Of a DNA stretch of 64,000 nucleotides, positions 49,359-58,903 are shown one piece after another. The notes under the pieces are model-generated. The model did no database searches, was not told the origin of the DNA, and saw only the letters and a list, made by a program, of their open reading frames with translations. The position numbers and the translations under genes were made by a program. Location: assembly GCA_963796275.1 (NCBI GenBank), contig CAWCKY010000003.1, positions 576,001 to 640,000 on the forward strand. Reading direction: 5' to 3'. The stretch comes from an uncultured Acidobacteriota bacterium (GTDB lineage: Bacteria; Acidobacteriota; Blastocatellia; RBC074). Numbering within the stretch: the first letter of the stretch is position 1; each line of letters begins with the position of its first letter.

Positions 49359-52300
49359 CTAGAAGTTCAGCCGCAATGCGAATTGAATCTGGCGATGTGA
49401 GCCTAATCCGACATCACGGGAAACCGTTCGGTTGACTATGCCGAAAACTCCCGCGGCACCAGTCGTGTATGCCTGGCCTGGTTGAAGCGAACTGCCGATA
49501 TTGGCGGCCGCGTTTGGCAAGGCATTGGACAACGATACTGGTGGGTTGGCAAAGTTCGTCAAGTTGAAAATGTTGAAGAACTCCGAGCGGAATTCCATAT
49601 TAACGCGTTCGGTAAGAAGGAACTTCTTACCCATCATCAAATCGAACTGATAGAAGTTTGGGCCATGGAGTTGATTACGCATCAGATTCCCGAATGTGCC
49701 CGGTTGAGGAACTGCAAAAGCTGCGGGATTCAGGATCGTCCGGTCAGAGTTGAGGAACGGATTCACCCCGGCTACCACATCCGGGCGACGCACGTTGCGT
49801 GTAGCTCCCCCGCCCGGCGTATTGATCACAGCCGTGAGACCGGGCGCAGCGTTATTAAAGTAATTCCCCGCCGCATCGCGGAAAAGCACGTCCGGACGCA
49901 CAATACCCACACTCATCGGCAACCCGCTACGAATATTGGCAATGGTGCCGATATTCCATCCTCCCGTAAATTGCCGGACCAGCGGCGAACCGGTCTTGCC
50001 GAATGGCAATTCATATAATGCGCTGATGTTGAACATATGACGCACATCGAAGTTGTTGTAGCCGTTATCGTATTCGAAATCTTCAATGGCCTTCGCATTA
50101 TTCGCTACGGTCGACGCCTCGTTCGAGCCGGCTGTGTTGCCGAAGCTGCGAGCGAAAGTGTACTGCGCGTTCAACAACAAGCCGGTATTGAAGCGACGCG
50201 CCAGCGTAGTTTGTAATGCATCGTAACGATCGTGGCCGCCGCTCAATTTGACATCCACTTCGGCGTAAGGTCTGAGGATCGTCCCGTCCGCCTGCACGAT
50301 GTCGAATTCACGCGTTATGATGGCTGCGCCGGTCGCCGGATTGGTTCCAACGCTGACGATCTGGTTGGTGATGCTCCGCAGGAATAGATTCCGTCCCAGG
50401 CTCCCGACGTAGGCCAAGGTTAACGCCATATTGTACGGTAACTCCTGTTGCATTGAGAGGGTATAGGAGTATATGCGTTCCGGTACACGATATCCATCCT
50501 GATAGTAGGCGCGCGGTTGGTACAGCCGATTGTTGGGATTATTGGTAAAGTTCGATACGATCGCAGGAATGTTGGCCGGGAAGAGAGCTCCCGTTGTGAT
50601 GTTCTGCGTCACCTGGATGCGGTCGGATTCGATCGGTTGAATCTGATCCTCGATCTGCCCGGGACCATAGTTGATCCCGAACCCGGCTCGAAATACCGTC
50701 TTGCCGCCGCCTATGAAACCCTTGCTACTACCTGAGAACGGAGACCATGCTAGAGATAGGCGAGGCGCGAAGTTGTTCTTCAGTGCTTTGTAGACAGTTG
50801 TATCTGAGGGGAGGATGACACCATTTAACGCATCAAAGACGACCTGGCCTTGTCGATCCTCGCGCAGCGGCGTGTAGTACTCATAGCGCAGGCCATAGTT
50901 GACGGTAAGATTCGGTCGGACTTTCCACTCATCCTGAGCGTATCCGATGTAAAACTCCTCCTTGGCAAACCTCTCGCCCGTCATTCCATTGTTAAATGGA
51001 CTGGGAGCGCTCACATCTCCCACATACTGCACCATTCCCGGAGTATTGTTGAGAAATGCGGTGAAATTCGAATATGTATAGGTTGTTCCGCCCAAACGGT
51101 CGGTGTACATTCTGAGCAAACGTGCCTCGCCGCCGAATTTTATGCTGTGATTGCCGCGCAACCAGCTCAGGTTGTCGATAAACCCGATCGTATAGGGTGT
51201 ATATGGTTGACCGCGTCCATTGGTGGCGGAATTTGCCCGGACCAGACCGCCCGGCACCGTGATGCCGCTGGAACCGCTCTGACCGGCGATCCCTGTATTT
51301 GCCACGGCCCCGCTGATGTTGAGAGTTATAGCGGAGAGATCGATCCCGTTGACTGTCGGCGCCAGGCCGGAAACACGTGTGTAGGCGCCATTATAACCGA
51401 CCTTGAATTCATTGATCTTGTTCTGCCCAAAGGACGACTGCCAAGCGACCACTGCGTTTTGCGGAACGGCCTTGATGATCGCCCTGCTGCCGGATACGTT
51501 CTGGGGCTGATCATTGTTGCCTTGATCGCGAAAGTAACGCGTGTAGATCGAATTCCTATCATTTATTTTGTAATCGAGACGAAGCGATCCGGCATTTTCA
51601 TTGACCGGATTGCTCGCTTGCAACTGCGCGATGTTGAAATTTCCATCCGTCGTAGTCCCCAGTATTACGGCGTTCGGACCCAGAAATGCCGCCGGGCATA
51701 ATGGCTGGACGGCAGCCACAGCGCGCGCGCAGGCAGCCGCGCTCGGCACGGCTTCGCGAAAGTTGATACCAGACCTGAGACGATACCCCTCATAGCTGCC
51801 GAAGAAGAAGAATTTCTCCTTCACGATAGGCCCGCCGAAGCTGGCGCCGAACTGATTGAGCTTGAGAGGAGACTTGGTTGCGCCATCGAAAGTGTTGCGG
51901 GCATCGAGCGCATCGTTGCGCAGGAATTCAAAGACTGAACCGTGGTATTGATTCGAGCCGGATTTGGTGACGACGGTCACCTGTCCGCCCGTCCCCGTGC
52001 CATATTCCGCCGGATAGCTGTTCGATTCTACGCGGAACTCCTGGACGTTCTCGAGCGAAGCCTGCAGACGGAAGGGCGATGGGATCTCGCCATTCAAGTT
52101 ACCGGGAGAGGAGTCGATGATCGCACTGCCTTCGACGCCGTCATAACGGATTGCGTTCTGCTGCACGGCGCGTCCGCTGAAACGGATATCACTGAAAGTC
52201 CCCGTGCCGCTGTTGAGCGCGCCGGGGGCTTGCAAGTAAAGTTGAGAAAGCTGCCGTCCGTTGAGAGGCAATTCCACCACTTCACGCTCATTGACGTTCG

Positions 52301-52733
52301 CGCCCATCCGGGCAGACGATGTGTCGAGCGTTGCCTCTGCGCCACCCACAATCGTTATTGTTTCAGTCGCACCGACGGGCTTTACCTCTGTATCGAGGTC
52401 CAGCGCCTGACCGACTACCAGCTCGACATTTGTGAACTCGGTCTTGGCGAATCCGGTAGCAGTCACCGTAATTGTGTATGAAGACGCCTTGAGACCGGTG
52501 AGGATGAAGCGGCCTTCGGCATTGGTGGTTGCAGTTCGGATATCACCGGTGCGCTCATTGCGAATCGAGACTGCTGCACCCGTTACCAGTGCGTTCGTTT
52601 GATCGCGCACCGTGCCGGCGATGCGCGCTTGATCTACCTGTGCTGAACCTGCTGTCTGCAATAGCCCAACCACGGTCAGGATAAGCATAAAATTTAAAAA
52701 GCAGCTCAGCCGCTTATATTTTTTTTTCAGCAT
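49359..52733 (-). CDS. Oar-like TonB-dependent outer-membrane receptor with N-terminal carboxypeptidase-regulatory-like domain
   Basis: Signal peptide; I.GTVRDQ..A.V.GA.V; LPLNGR; TKSGSNQYHGS.FEFLRN; YAQDEWKV...LTVNYGLRYE; terminal RQIQFALRLNF. Confidence 0.93.
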   Translation of the reverse strand: MLKKKYKRLSCFLNFMLILTVVGLLQTAGSAQVDQARIAGTVRDQTNALVTGAAVSIRNERTGDIRTATTNAEGRFILTGLKASSYTITVTATGFAKTEFTNVELVVGQALDLDTEVKPVGATETITIVGGAEATLDTSSARMGANVNEREVVELPLNGRQLSQLYLQAPGALNSGTGTFSDIRFSGRAVQQNAIRYDGVEGSAIIDSSPGNLNGEIPSPFRLQASLENVQEFRVESNSYPAEYGTGTGGQVTVVTKSGSNQYHGSVFEFLRNDALDARNTFDGATKSPLKLNQFGASFGGPIVKEKFFFFGSYEGYRLRSGINFREAVPSAAACARAVAAVQPLCPAAFLGPNAVILGTTTDGNFNIAQLQASNPVNENAGSLRLDYKINDRNSIYTRYFRDQGNNDQPQNVSGSRAIIKAVPQNAVVAWQSSFGQNKINEFKVGYNGAYTRVSGLAPTVNGIDLSAITLNISGAVANTGIAGQSGSSGITVPGGLVRANSATNGRGQPYTPYTIGFIDNLSWLRGNHSIKFGGEARLLRMYTDRLGGTTYTYSNFTAFLNNTPGMVQYVGDVSAPSPFNNGMTGERFAKEEFYIGYAQDEWKVRPNLTVNYGLRYEYYTPLREDRQGQVVFDALNGVILPSDTTVYKALKNNFAPRLSLAWSPFSGSSKGFIGGGKTVFRAGFGINYGPGQIEDQIQPIESDRIQVTQNITTGALFPANIPAIVSNFTNNPNNRLYQPRAYYQDGYRVPERIYSYTLSMQQELPYNMALTLAYVGSLGRNLFLRSITNQIVSVGTNPATGAAIITREFDIVQADGTILRPYAEVDVKLSGGHDRYDALQTTLARRFNTGLLLNAQYTFARSFGNTAGSNEASTVANNAKAIEDFEYDNGYNNFDVRHMFNISALYELPFGKTGSPLVRQFTGGWNIGTIANIRSGLPMSVGIVRPDVLFRDAAGNYFNNAAPGLTAVINTPGGGATRNVRRPDVVAGVNPFLNSDRTILNPAAFAVPQPGTFGNLMRNQLHGPNFYQFDLMMGKKFLLTERVNMEFRSEFFNIFNLTNFANPPVSLSNALPNAAANIGSSLQPGQAYTTGAAGVFGIVNRTVSRDVGLGSHRQIQFALRLNF

Positions 52734-53049
52734 AAATGCTCCTATGTACTCTCCTATGTGAAGCGATTAAATAAATCTTTCCCTCTTTCAGCCTGCCGAT
52801 TCCATCGAGGCAGCCCATTGGGTTGATTCGTTTCAGCGAAAGGGGTCTCGAGACACCTCAAGCACTCGTGCAATGAGAAAACTATTCAACTCAATCTTGC
52901 CGTTTTTCCCGACGTGTGTATCACTCTTGTGTGATTTACTTGGACGAGGCCTTGCCCTAAATCTCCCTTTAACGAGAAACATTTTATTCATCCCTGTTAT
53001 ATATATATTTTTTTTACAGCGAGCCTGATTTGATGATATTGAGGGGGTG

Positions 53050-53126
53050 ACTTTAGCAGGCTTCGCTTAAATCGAGGTAAATACCGTGTTAAATCTATGT
53101 AAAGGCGGTTTTAATTACTGGTTAAA
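53050..53126 (-). promoter_or_regulatory. Pho-box-like array plus -10 element for the TonB receptor
   Basis: Minus-strand hexamers TTTAAC, ATTAAA, CTTTAC, TTTAAC, ATTTAC, TTTAAG at plus-strand starts 53121, 53110, 53099, 53088, 53077, 53066 (exact 11-bp period), 10-nt spacer, then TAAAGT (53055-53050). Confidence 0.75.
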
Positions 53127-53198
53127 ATAGCCGGGCGAGCAGGTGCGGGTTGAGGGGAAACGATCATGACGGCGATTGACAGATGGATATCCCGCTCG

Positions 53199-54191
53199 CT
53201 ACCCCTCGTTGTACTGATTAGTTTCGTTTACCGATGAGCGAGTCTGATGTTTTTCCGCTATCTCTATCTCTTTGGGAGCAAATAGGGAATGAAGCAGAGC
53301 GCCGATAATAAAATCCGCCTGGCGATCATCTTCGTTTTCGGTCAATTCTGTTGTTTGTGATAGCTCGTGGGCCGCGGCAAATTCGACCGGCACTTCAGCT
53401 CTCGCGGCTTCTATGGCAGATGCTATATCGTAATCGAACCCGTTAGACACGGCATTTTGAACTCTTCGAGCGATAGCCTCAGCTCCATATTTGCGTGAGC
53501 CTTTAATCGGTTGATGAAACATTAGTGAAACCTCCGCAGAATCGATTTTCAGCAAGTTCCAGAAGTGCGGCAAAAATTCCATTTCGCCGTACCAACAGAG
53601 CGCATCGCGCGTCCCATTATCCAGCGCCTGTCCGTTGACTTTTCGAAAGTTGATCGTCAACGGCAGAATCTCCGCGCCGGCCCTGATGGCGGATGCGAAG
53701 AATAGTGCCTTGAAGGGCAAGACCTGAGTGCCGTCACTGGTTATGCTTTCAGGGAACACCTGCACGCTCGATCCGCTGCGCAATGAACGTGATACACGGT
53801 ATGCGCCGCTGACGTTATCGCGCGTGTCTTCGCGGTTGACAAAGATCGTGCCGCCGAGTTTCGCGAGGAGTCCGATAATCGGCCACTTTCTCACCTCTCT
53901 CTTCGCAACAAAAATCGCCGGGAAGACCGAGGCGATAATAGCTATGTCCAGATAGCTTTGATGATTGCCGACGAGCAAATAGTGAGACTTGCGGTACTCC
54001 GGGTTAAATCCATGTGCGATAACTTTGATCCCGATCAGCCGTAACAGGAGTCGTGCCCAGAGCTGTGTACCGAGCGTGTTGACACGTCCGCGAGTTCGTT
54101 GGGAGGTAAGAAACGGGAATAAAAATAGGGCAATGATCAGGAAGAGTAAGCAGAGAATGAAGAAGCAGCTGAGCCGCGCGATTTGTTTCAT
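53199..54191 (-). CDS. olsA: PlsC-family acyltransferase, OlsA-like (lyso-aminolipid O-acyltransferase)
   Basis: NHQSYLD, FVAK, FVNR, VFPES; 4-bp overlap with the olsB-like gene. Confidence 0.8.
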   Translation of the reverse strand: MKQIARLSCFFILCLLFLIIALFLFPFLTSQRTRGRVNTLGTQLWARLLLRLIGIKVIAHGFNPEYRKSHYLLVGNHQSYLDIAIIASVFPAIFVAKREVRKWPIIGLLAKLGGTIFVNREDTRDNVSGAYRVSRSLRSGSSVQVFPESITSDGTQVLPFKALFFASAIRAGAEILPLTINFRKVNGQALDNGTRDALCWYGEMEFLPHFWNLLKIDSAEVSLMFHQPIKGSRKYGAEAIARRVQNAVSNGFDYDIASAIEAARAEVPVEFAAAHELSQTTELTENEDDRQADFIIGALLHSLFAPKEIEIAEKHQTRSSVNETNQYNEG

Positions 54192-54982
54192 CGCAACCCT
54201 TGCGCCTCCGCGACATAATGTTGCTTGTAGCGACCTGCCATCTTCCTCATCTCCAGCAAAACGAAGACGTCCGCCGTTCCAAACTCTACATCATATGCGG
54301 GCGGGCCGCAAACAACAGCTCCAGTGCGCAAGTAACCTCTCATGATCGGAGGAATCTTTCGCAAAATCTCTCTCTCATCGACCTTATCACCCGTTCGATC
54401 GCTTATCTCCATCCGGCAGGATTCGAGCGGCCGTACGCGGTATTTTTCCGGCGCGAAATGATGAGTACGCAGATACGAGTAAATCGGCTGCACCTCCTCG
54501 ATATCAGAGCAATGGAGGCTGGCGCAACCGAACATGTGACTGATGTTCTTCTCGAAAGCATACCGTGAGATCGCACTCCAAAGCAGATTGATGGTGGCGA
54601 ACGTGCGGTGGGTGGCGGCGATACATGAACGACCGAGCTCGAGCAGATCTCCCGGTAGTTTCTTGAGGTTGCTCAGATCGAACTCGTTCTCTGAATAGAA
54701 ACCGATCTGCTTTTCCGCCCGACCCCTACGCAGCAGGCGATAGGTGCCGACCACTTTCTCACTTTTGATATCCTTGACTATCAGGTGATCACAATAAGCG
54801 TCATAAGGATCGGAGTCGAATCCCTTGTCGTAAGATGAGACCAGCCCTTCCTGTAATTCGAGGTTGAAGACTTCGAAACGCAACCTCATCGCCCGATCAA
54901 TCTCGGCGAAGCTCGTTGCCAGTTTCACTTCAAGTGTGTTGGTGCGGATTAACGTGGAATCACTTGTGCCTATCATTGTCAT
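54188..54982 (-). CDS. olsB: GNAT N-acyltransferase, OlsB-like (ornithine/aminolipid synthase)
   Basis: LRFEVFNLE, D.D.YD.YCDHL, VGTYRL, FYSENEF, LELGRSC, FGCAS, PPIMRGYLR.GA...PA.D.EFGTAD. Confidence 0.85.
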   Translation of the reverse strand: MTMIGTSDSTLIRTNTLEVKLATSFAEIDRAMRLRFEVFNLELQEGLVSSYDKGFDSDPYDAYCDHLIVKDIKSEKVVGTYRLLRRGRAEKQIGFYSENEFDLSNLKKLPGDLLELGRSCIAATHRTFATINLLWSAISRYAFEKNISHMFGCASLHCSDIEEVQPIYSYLRTHHFAPEKYRVRPLESCRMEISDRTGDKVDEREILRKIPPIMRGYLRTGAVVCGPPAYDVEFGTADVFVLLEMRKMAGRYKQHYVAEAQGLR

Positions 54983-55053
54983 ATATATTCGATGCGTACC
55001 TTTGTATCTATTCGATCATTCAGACTTCGACAGACTACGGATTAGCCTCACGT

Positions 55054-55130
55054 AAAATACACATCGTATGTTCAGGCTGAGTTAGGCTTTTGTTAGTTGT
55101 GGGTTATGATTTTGTTTGGTAGGTCTTAAG
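55054..55130 (-). promoter_or_regulatory. Pho-box-like array plus -10 element for olsBA
   Basis: Minus-strand hexamers CTTAAG, CCAAAC, CATAAC, ACTAAC, CCTAAC, CTGAAC at plus-strand starts 55125, 55114, 55103, 55092, 55081, 55070 (exact 11-bp period), 10-nt spacer, then TATTTT (55059-55054). Confidence 0.72.
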
Positions 55131-55400
55131 AGCTTTCGATCGACTCGTCGTGGAGTTTATAGGCACATATTTGATGAAGACTTTACATCGCGATTACCTG
55201 GAGTTGAGATGGGTTGTTTATGCTCGTCAGTAATTTAGGTGCCTAGTCCTGTGTCTCAGGTACTTCCGTTCAAAGGAGCGGAAGTACCATCTTTACTTAT
55301 TCTTAGAACTCAGAGTGAAAACTACAAATATAAAGGGGAAACCGCAAAGAATAAATTTTTTGCATTTCCCCTTTTGATTTGTCTTTTTCTCAGCCGGGCT

Positions 55401-56222
55401 CTATTGAGCAGCAGGCTTGTTGAATTTCGTTTCGTCAATCTCGGTATTGTTCTTCACCTCTGTGAACTTAAGGGTTACGGCGAACATGGGGGTTACCTGT
55501 TTCAGGGTGTGCGGAGTATTGACGCCATCCACCGGCTTATAATCTTCGAAATACCGCTCGATTGCCATAATGCCTTGAGGACCATCACGTTCGGCATCGT
55601 GCCGTGTCAATAAACCGGTTTTGACATCGAAGTAAAACTTTTCCAGGGCTCCCTCGGTAGGAGTAGCCTCTATGACGTAGACATCGGATAATCCGATTTT
55701 ATCCCTGCCTTTAACCCCCAGTTTCGTATAGTTCTTGTTGAAGTTCAGCATCGAATAGAAGTCGGCTTCTCTTTTAGTTGCGGAAAGTTCCAGGCCGGTG
55801 AGTTCTCGGAATCCGTTAAATGGATCGTTCGACCACCCCTTTGTGCCATCAAATACGCTGTTTATCGTTCCAAACCCTTCAATATTAATGGTGGTTGCAT
55901 TCTTGTTCGGGGCTTTCGTGAATGCTTCGATGGAACCGCTCACGTTCATCGTTTCTATCTGAAATGTTCCCTTGACGATACGCGAATTCAATTTCATACA
56001 GGCGTCCTTGCCCCCAAGTGCCTTGACATATTTATCGATGATTTCGTCGGCAGTCGGTAGCGGTGCAGCCGGGCTTGCCGACGGTTTCTCTTCTTTTTTC
56101 GTCGCGTCCGTGGTTGATTCTTTGGGTGTATCGTTCTTCGGCTCGTTCTTTGGCTTCTCCTGTGCCACGATGGAGATGATCATCATCAGTGACAATAGCA
56201 AGCACATTGCAACGCGTTTCAT
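55401..56222 (-). CDS. Secreted hypothetical protein, possible LolA-like fold
   Basis: Signal peptide, K/E/P-rich linker, LPTADEIIDKYVKALGG, YFDVKTGLL, DYKPVDGV..PH, EIDETKFNKP. Confidence 0.8.
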   Translation of the reverse strand: MKRVAMCLLLSLMMIISIVAQEKPKNEPKNDTPKESTTDATKKEEKPSASPAAPLPTADEIIDKYVKALGGKDACMKLNSRIVKGTFQIETMNVSGSIEAFTKAPNKNATTINIEGFGTINSVFDGTKGWSNDPFNGFRELTGLELSATKREADFYSMLNFNKNYTKLGVKGRDKIGLSDVYVIEATPTEGALEKFYFDVKTGLLTRHDAERDGPQGIMAIERYFEDYKPVDGVNTPHTLKQVTPMFAVTLKFTEVKNNTEIDETKFNKPAAQ

Positions 56223-56531
56223 AAAAATTCTTCCTTTCTCGTGTCTCTCTTCGTATTTGATTTACTCGTTGATTTACTCTTTGACTATATATTTTGTCGT
56301 TTCGTCTATATCTTACTACGGCGACTGTTCGATATTAAGCGAAGTAGTGGAGAACGGTTATTTCTACGAAATAATCGCCCCGAGGTTCCGGCTTACTGGG
56401 CGGCTGGAGGATGATGAATGCGTTGATTTAGCTCTAAATCTGAATTAGCATCGAAGTGTCATTAAAATGAGCGCTTTAGACTTCTGCACAAATCATTCAA
56501 CGTCGAACTCCACTGCATAAAACTGTGAATT

Positions 56532-58895
56532 ATGGCTTCTTATGATGAAACCGAGAAACCGGCCGCGACACTGCATATCTTGCAGAGAGACGGCAGTCTG
56601 TCAGAACGCAGTCTGATGCAACAGGAGACGACGATCGGGAAGAGCGCACACAACGATATCATACTGGCCGACGCGTCTGTTTCCAGTAGGCACGCGAAGA
56701 TAGCGTTTAATGAAGGTGCCTTTACTCTTACCGACCTGGGCAGTCGCAACGGAACATTTCTCAATGACGTCAAGCTCGTCGAGTCGCGTGCGTTGAGTCA
56801 CGGCGATCGCATAAGAATGGGACATTGCACGCTGACAATAAGGATCGAAGGGGTTGACGATACGCTAGTGTTGAACGTCTCCGAGGCTGGCGCTCAGCCT
56901 CCTCTTCCTCCCACGCCGCCGCCCTCTCCTGTCTCTCCCACAATCAGTGAAGAGGCGCTTGCCACTGCGCTGGTAACTTCGGGATTGGTCGCTCAAGCGG
57001 AGGTCGATCGTTTGCATGAGTCGGGAGGTGACGGACTCCGGCTTTACGCCGCGTTGCTAAAAAAGAATCTGGTGAGCGAACTCGGGTTGCGCGATCTGAT
57101 AAGTCGAACGTTCAACATCCCGCCGGTAGAGCTGAAAACGATGGATGTCGATGTGGTTGCTGCTGCGGCTTTACGCCCGCAATTCCTTCGTGAGAACCTC
57201 ATCTGCCCGATCGTTGGGCAGTCGGCGGATCATCTCCTCATCGCGGTCGCCGATCCGACCGACAAACATTCGATCGATGAAATTGAACTGATCACTCGAA
57301 AAAAAGCGTCGCTGAGGATCGCGACGCCCAGCGAGATCGGTGAAAAACTCGAGAATTACTTCACCCCTAGATTGATCGGCGTGACCCCTACAGGCGAAAA
57401 GGTCGAGACGTTACTAAATCACCTGGAAACCGATATCGGGAAAGCGCCGCACAATAGCTTTGTCATATCAGATCCCACAGTGAGTAACACGCACGCGGTC
57501 ATTATCGCCCGCGACGGTTGTTACAGCATCGTGGATCTGGGCAGCAGCAACGGGACAATTGTCGATGGTAAACGTCTGGGCAACGAGGCATATACCCTTC
57601 AACATGGCGACAAGATTCAACTCGGGCAGGTCGTGCTCACCTTTCGGAATCCGGCTGAAACGACGGAGAACAAGACCGCACGCATTTCATCCGATGCGCT
57701 GGAGGATGTGAGAAAGCGAATCACCCTCAATCCGCCAGCTATAGGAGTAGCCAAAGATCCTGAATTTCGTGAATCAAAGCATTCCATCGTTTCATCGGAA
57801 ACAGAGGAAGATGAGGATGATGGGGAAGAGAGAAAGGATAAGAAGAAAAAAAAGAAAGATGGCGATCGGATAAAAGCGGCGCTGGTCAATTCCACCAGCC
57901 GCATTCTGGCCACTGTTCTCGGATCGCTATTGACGCTGACTATCGCGCTTTATTTCATGCGCCCATCACAGCAGCCTTCACCCCCGCCCGGCTCAAAAGA
58001 AGGGCAACAGGCGGCTGCTGGATCTCGACTGGCTCCCTCAGATTCGTGGCAGGATTTCAGCACCAGATTATTTCGGTCTCCCATAGAGGCATCCGGGGTC
58101 GCCTATTTGCCCGGCGCCAACGGCGTGATCGTGGTATCGGATAACCAGAATGGCGAAGTGCTCTGGATGCCGCTCAATGAAGATGGAGGGCAAGCCGGTC
58201 CGCTAAAATCCGTCCCGCTCGGTGTAAGTTTCAAAGACCCGGAGGCGATCACTTATGGCAATTCCTATTTTTATCTCCTCACCTCGCAATCGGAGCCGAA
58301 AAATGGCGCAGAGAATGCCCTTGTACGTTTTGAGTTCAATAGTGAAACGCAATCGCTGCGCGGCCAGGCCGATATAATCAGTGATTTCCGTACCTTTCTG
58401 CTCTCGAACGTGCCGGAAATCGCATCGCTGGGCGCTCCGCCGGGAGCTGAGGGGGGACTCAACATCGAAGGCATCGCCTGGGATCCGATCAATGAGCGTC
58501 TGCTGGTCGGTCTGCGGTCTCCGCTCGTCGGTAACAAAGCCGTCCTCATCCCGATTAAACTTCGTGATCCACATGGCTCTTTCGTAACCGATAACCTCAG
58601 CGTCGACGAGCCTCGTGTGATTGTCTTCCCGCTCGGCGGTCACGGCGTGCGGGATATTACTTACGACACCATACTGCGGAATTTCCTGATCATCTCCGGG
58701 TCCCCGGAAGATGTGCGAAAGACCGACTTCGTCCTTTGGGAATGGAGCGGTCAGCCGGACGCCAACCCCGTCAGGTTGATGACGCTCGAAGAAAAAGCCA
58801 AGCCTGAGGGGCTGACCGTCCCGACCATCAACGGCCGCAGCTTTGTCTTCATCGTCGGAGATGCGGGCGGCTATCTCAAGTTGAATTACCAATAG
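56532..58895 (+). CDS. FHA - GspE/PilB N-terminal (MshEN/T2SSE_N-like) - FHA - TM - DUF3616-like beta-propeller protein
   Basis: FHA1 IGKSAHND...SVSSRHA...DLGSRNGT; middle domain LIAVADPTD...IDEIELIT; FHA2 IGKAPHN...VSNTHA...DLGSSNGT; acidic then poly-Lys stretch, TM helix; C-terminal EASG, DPEAIT, GLNIEGIAW, VGLRSP, KPEG. Confidence 0.82.
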   Translation: MASYDETEKPAATLHILQRDGSLSERSLMQQETTIGKSAHNDIILADASVSSRHAKIAFNEGAFTLTDLGSRNGTFLNDVKLVESRALSHGDRIRMGHCTLTIRIEGVDDTLVLNVSEAGAQPPLPPTPPPSPVSPTISEEALATALVTSGLVAQAEVDRLHESGGDGLRLYAALLKKNLVSELGLRDLISRTFNIPPVELKTMDVDVVAAAALRPQFLRENLICPIVGQSADHLLIAVADPTDKHSIDEIELITRKKASLRIATPSEIGEKLENYFTPRLIGVTPTGEKVETLLNHLETDIGKAPHNSFVISDPTVSNTHAVIIARDGCYSIVDLGSSNGTIVDGKRLGNEAYTLQHGDKIQLGQVVLTFRNPAETTENKTARISSDALEDVRKRITLNPPAIGVAKDPEFRESKHSIVSSETEEDEDDGEERKDKKKKKKDGDRIKAALVNSTSRILATVLGSLLTLTIALYFMRPSQQPSPPPGSKEGQQAAAGSRLAPSDSWQDFSTRLFRSPIEASGVAYLPGANGVIVVSDNQNGEVLWMPLNEDGGQAGPLKSVPLGVSFKDPEAITYGNSYFYLLTSQSEPKNGAENALVRFEFNSETQSLRGQADIISDFRTFLLSNVPEIASLGAPPGAEGGLNIEGIAWDPINERLLVGLRSPLVGNKAVLIPIKLRDPHGSFVTDNLSVDEPRVIVFPLGGHGVRDITYDTILRNFLIISGSPEDVRKTDFVLWEWSGQPDANPVRLMTLEEKAKPEGLTVPTINGRSFVFIVGDAGGYLKLNYQ

Positions 58896-58903
58896 ATCAT
58901 AGA

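Noticed and set aside
56257-56290. TTGATTTACTC repeats as a fourth Pho-box array
   Set aside because: Period is 12 bp, only 2-3 units, and no -10 at the 10-nt spacing; more likely a local duplication.
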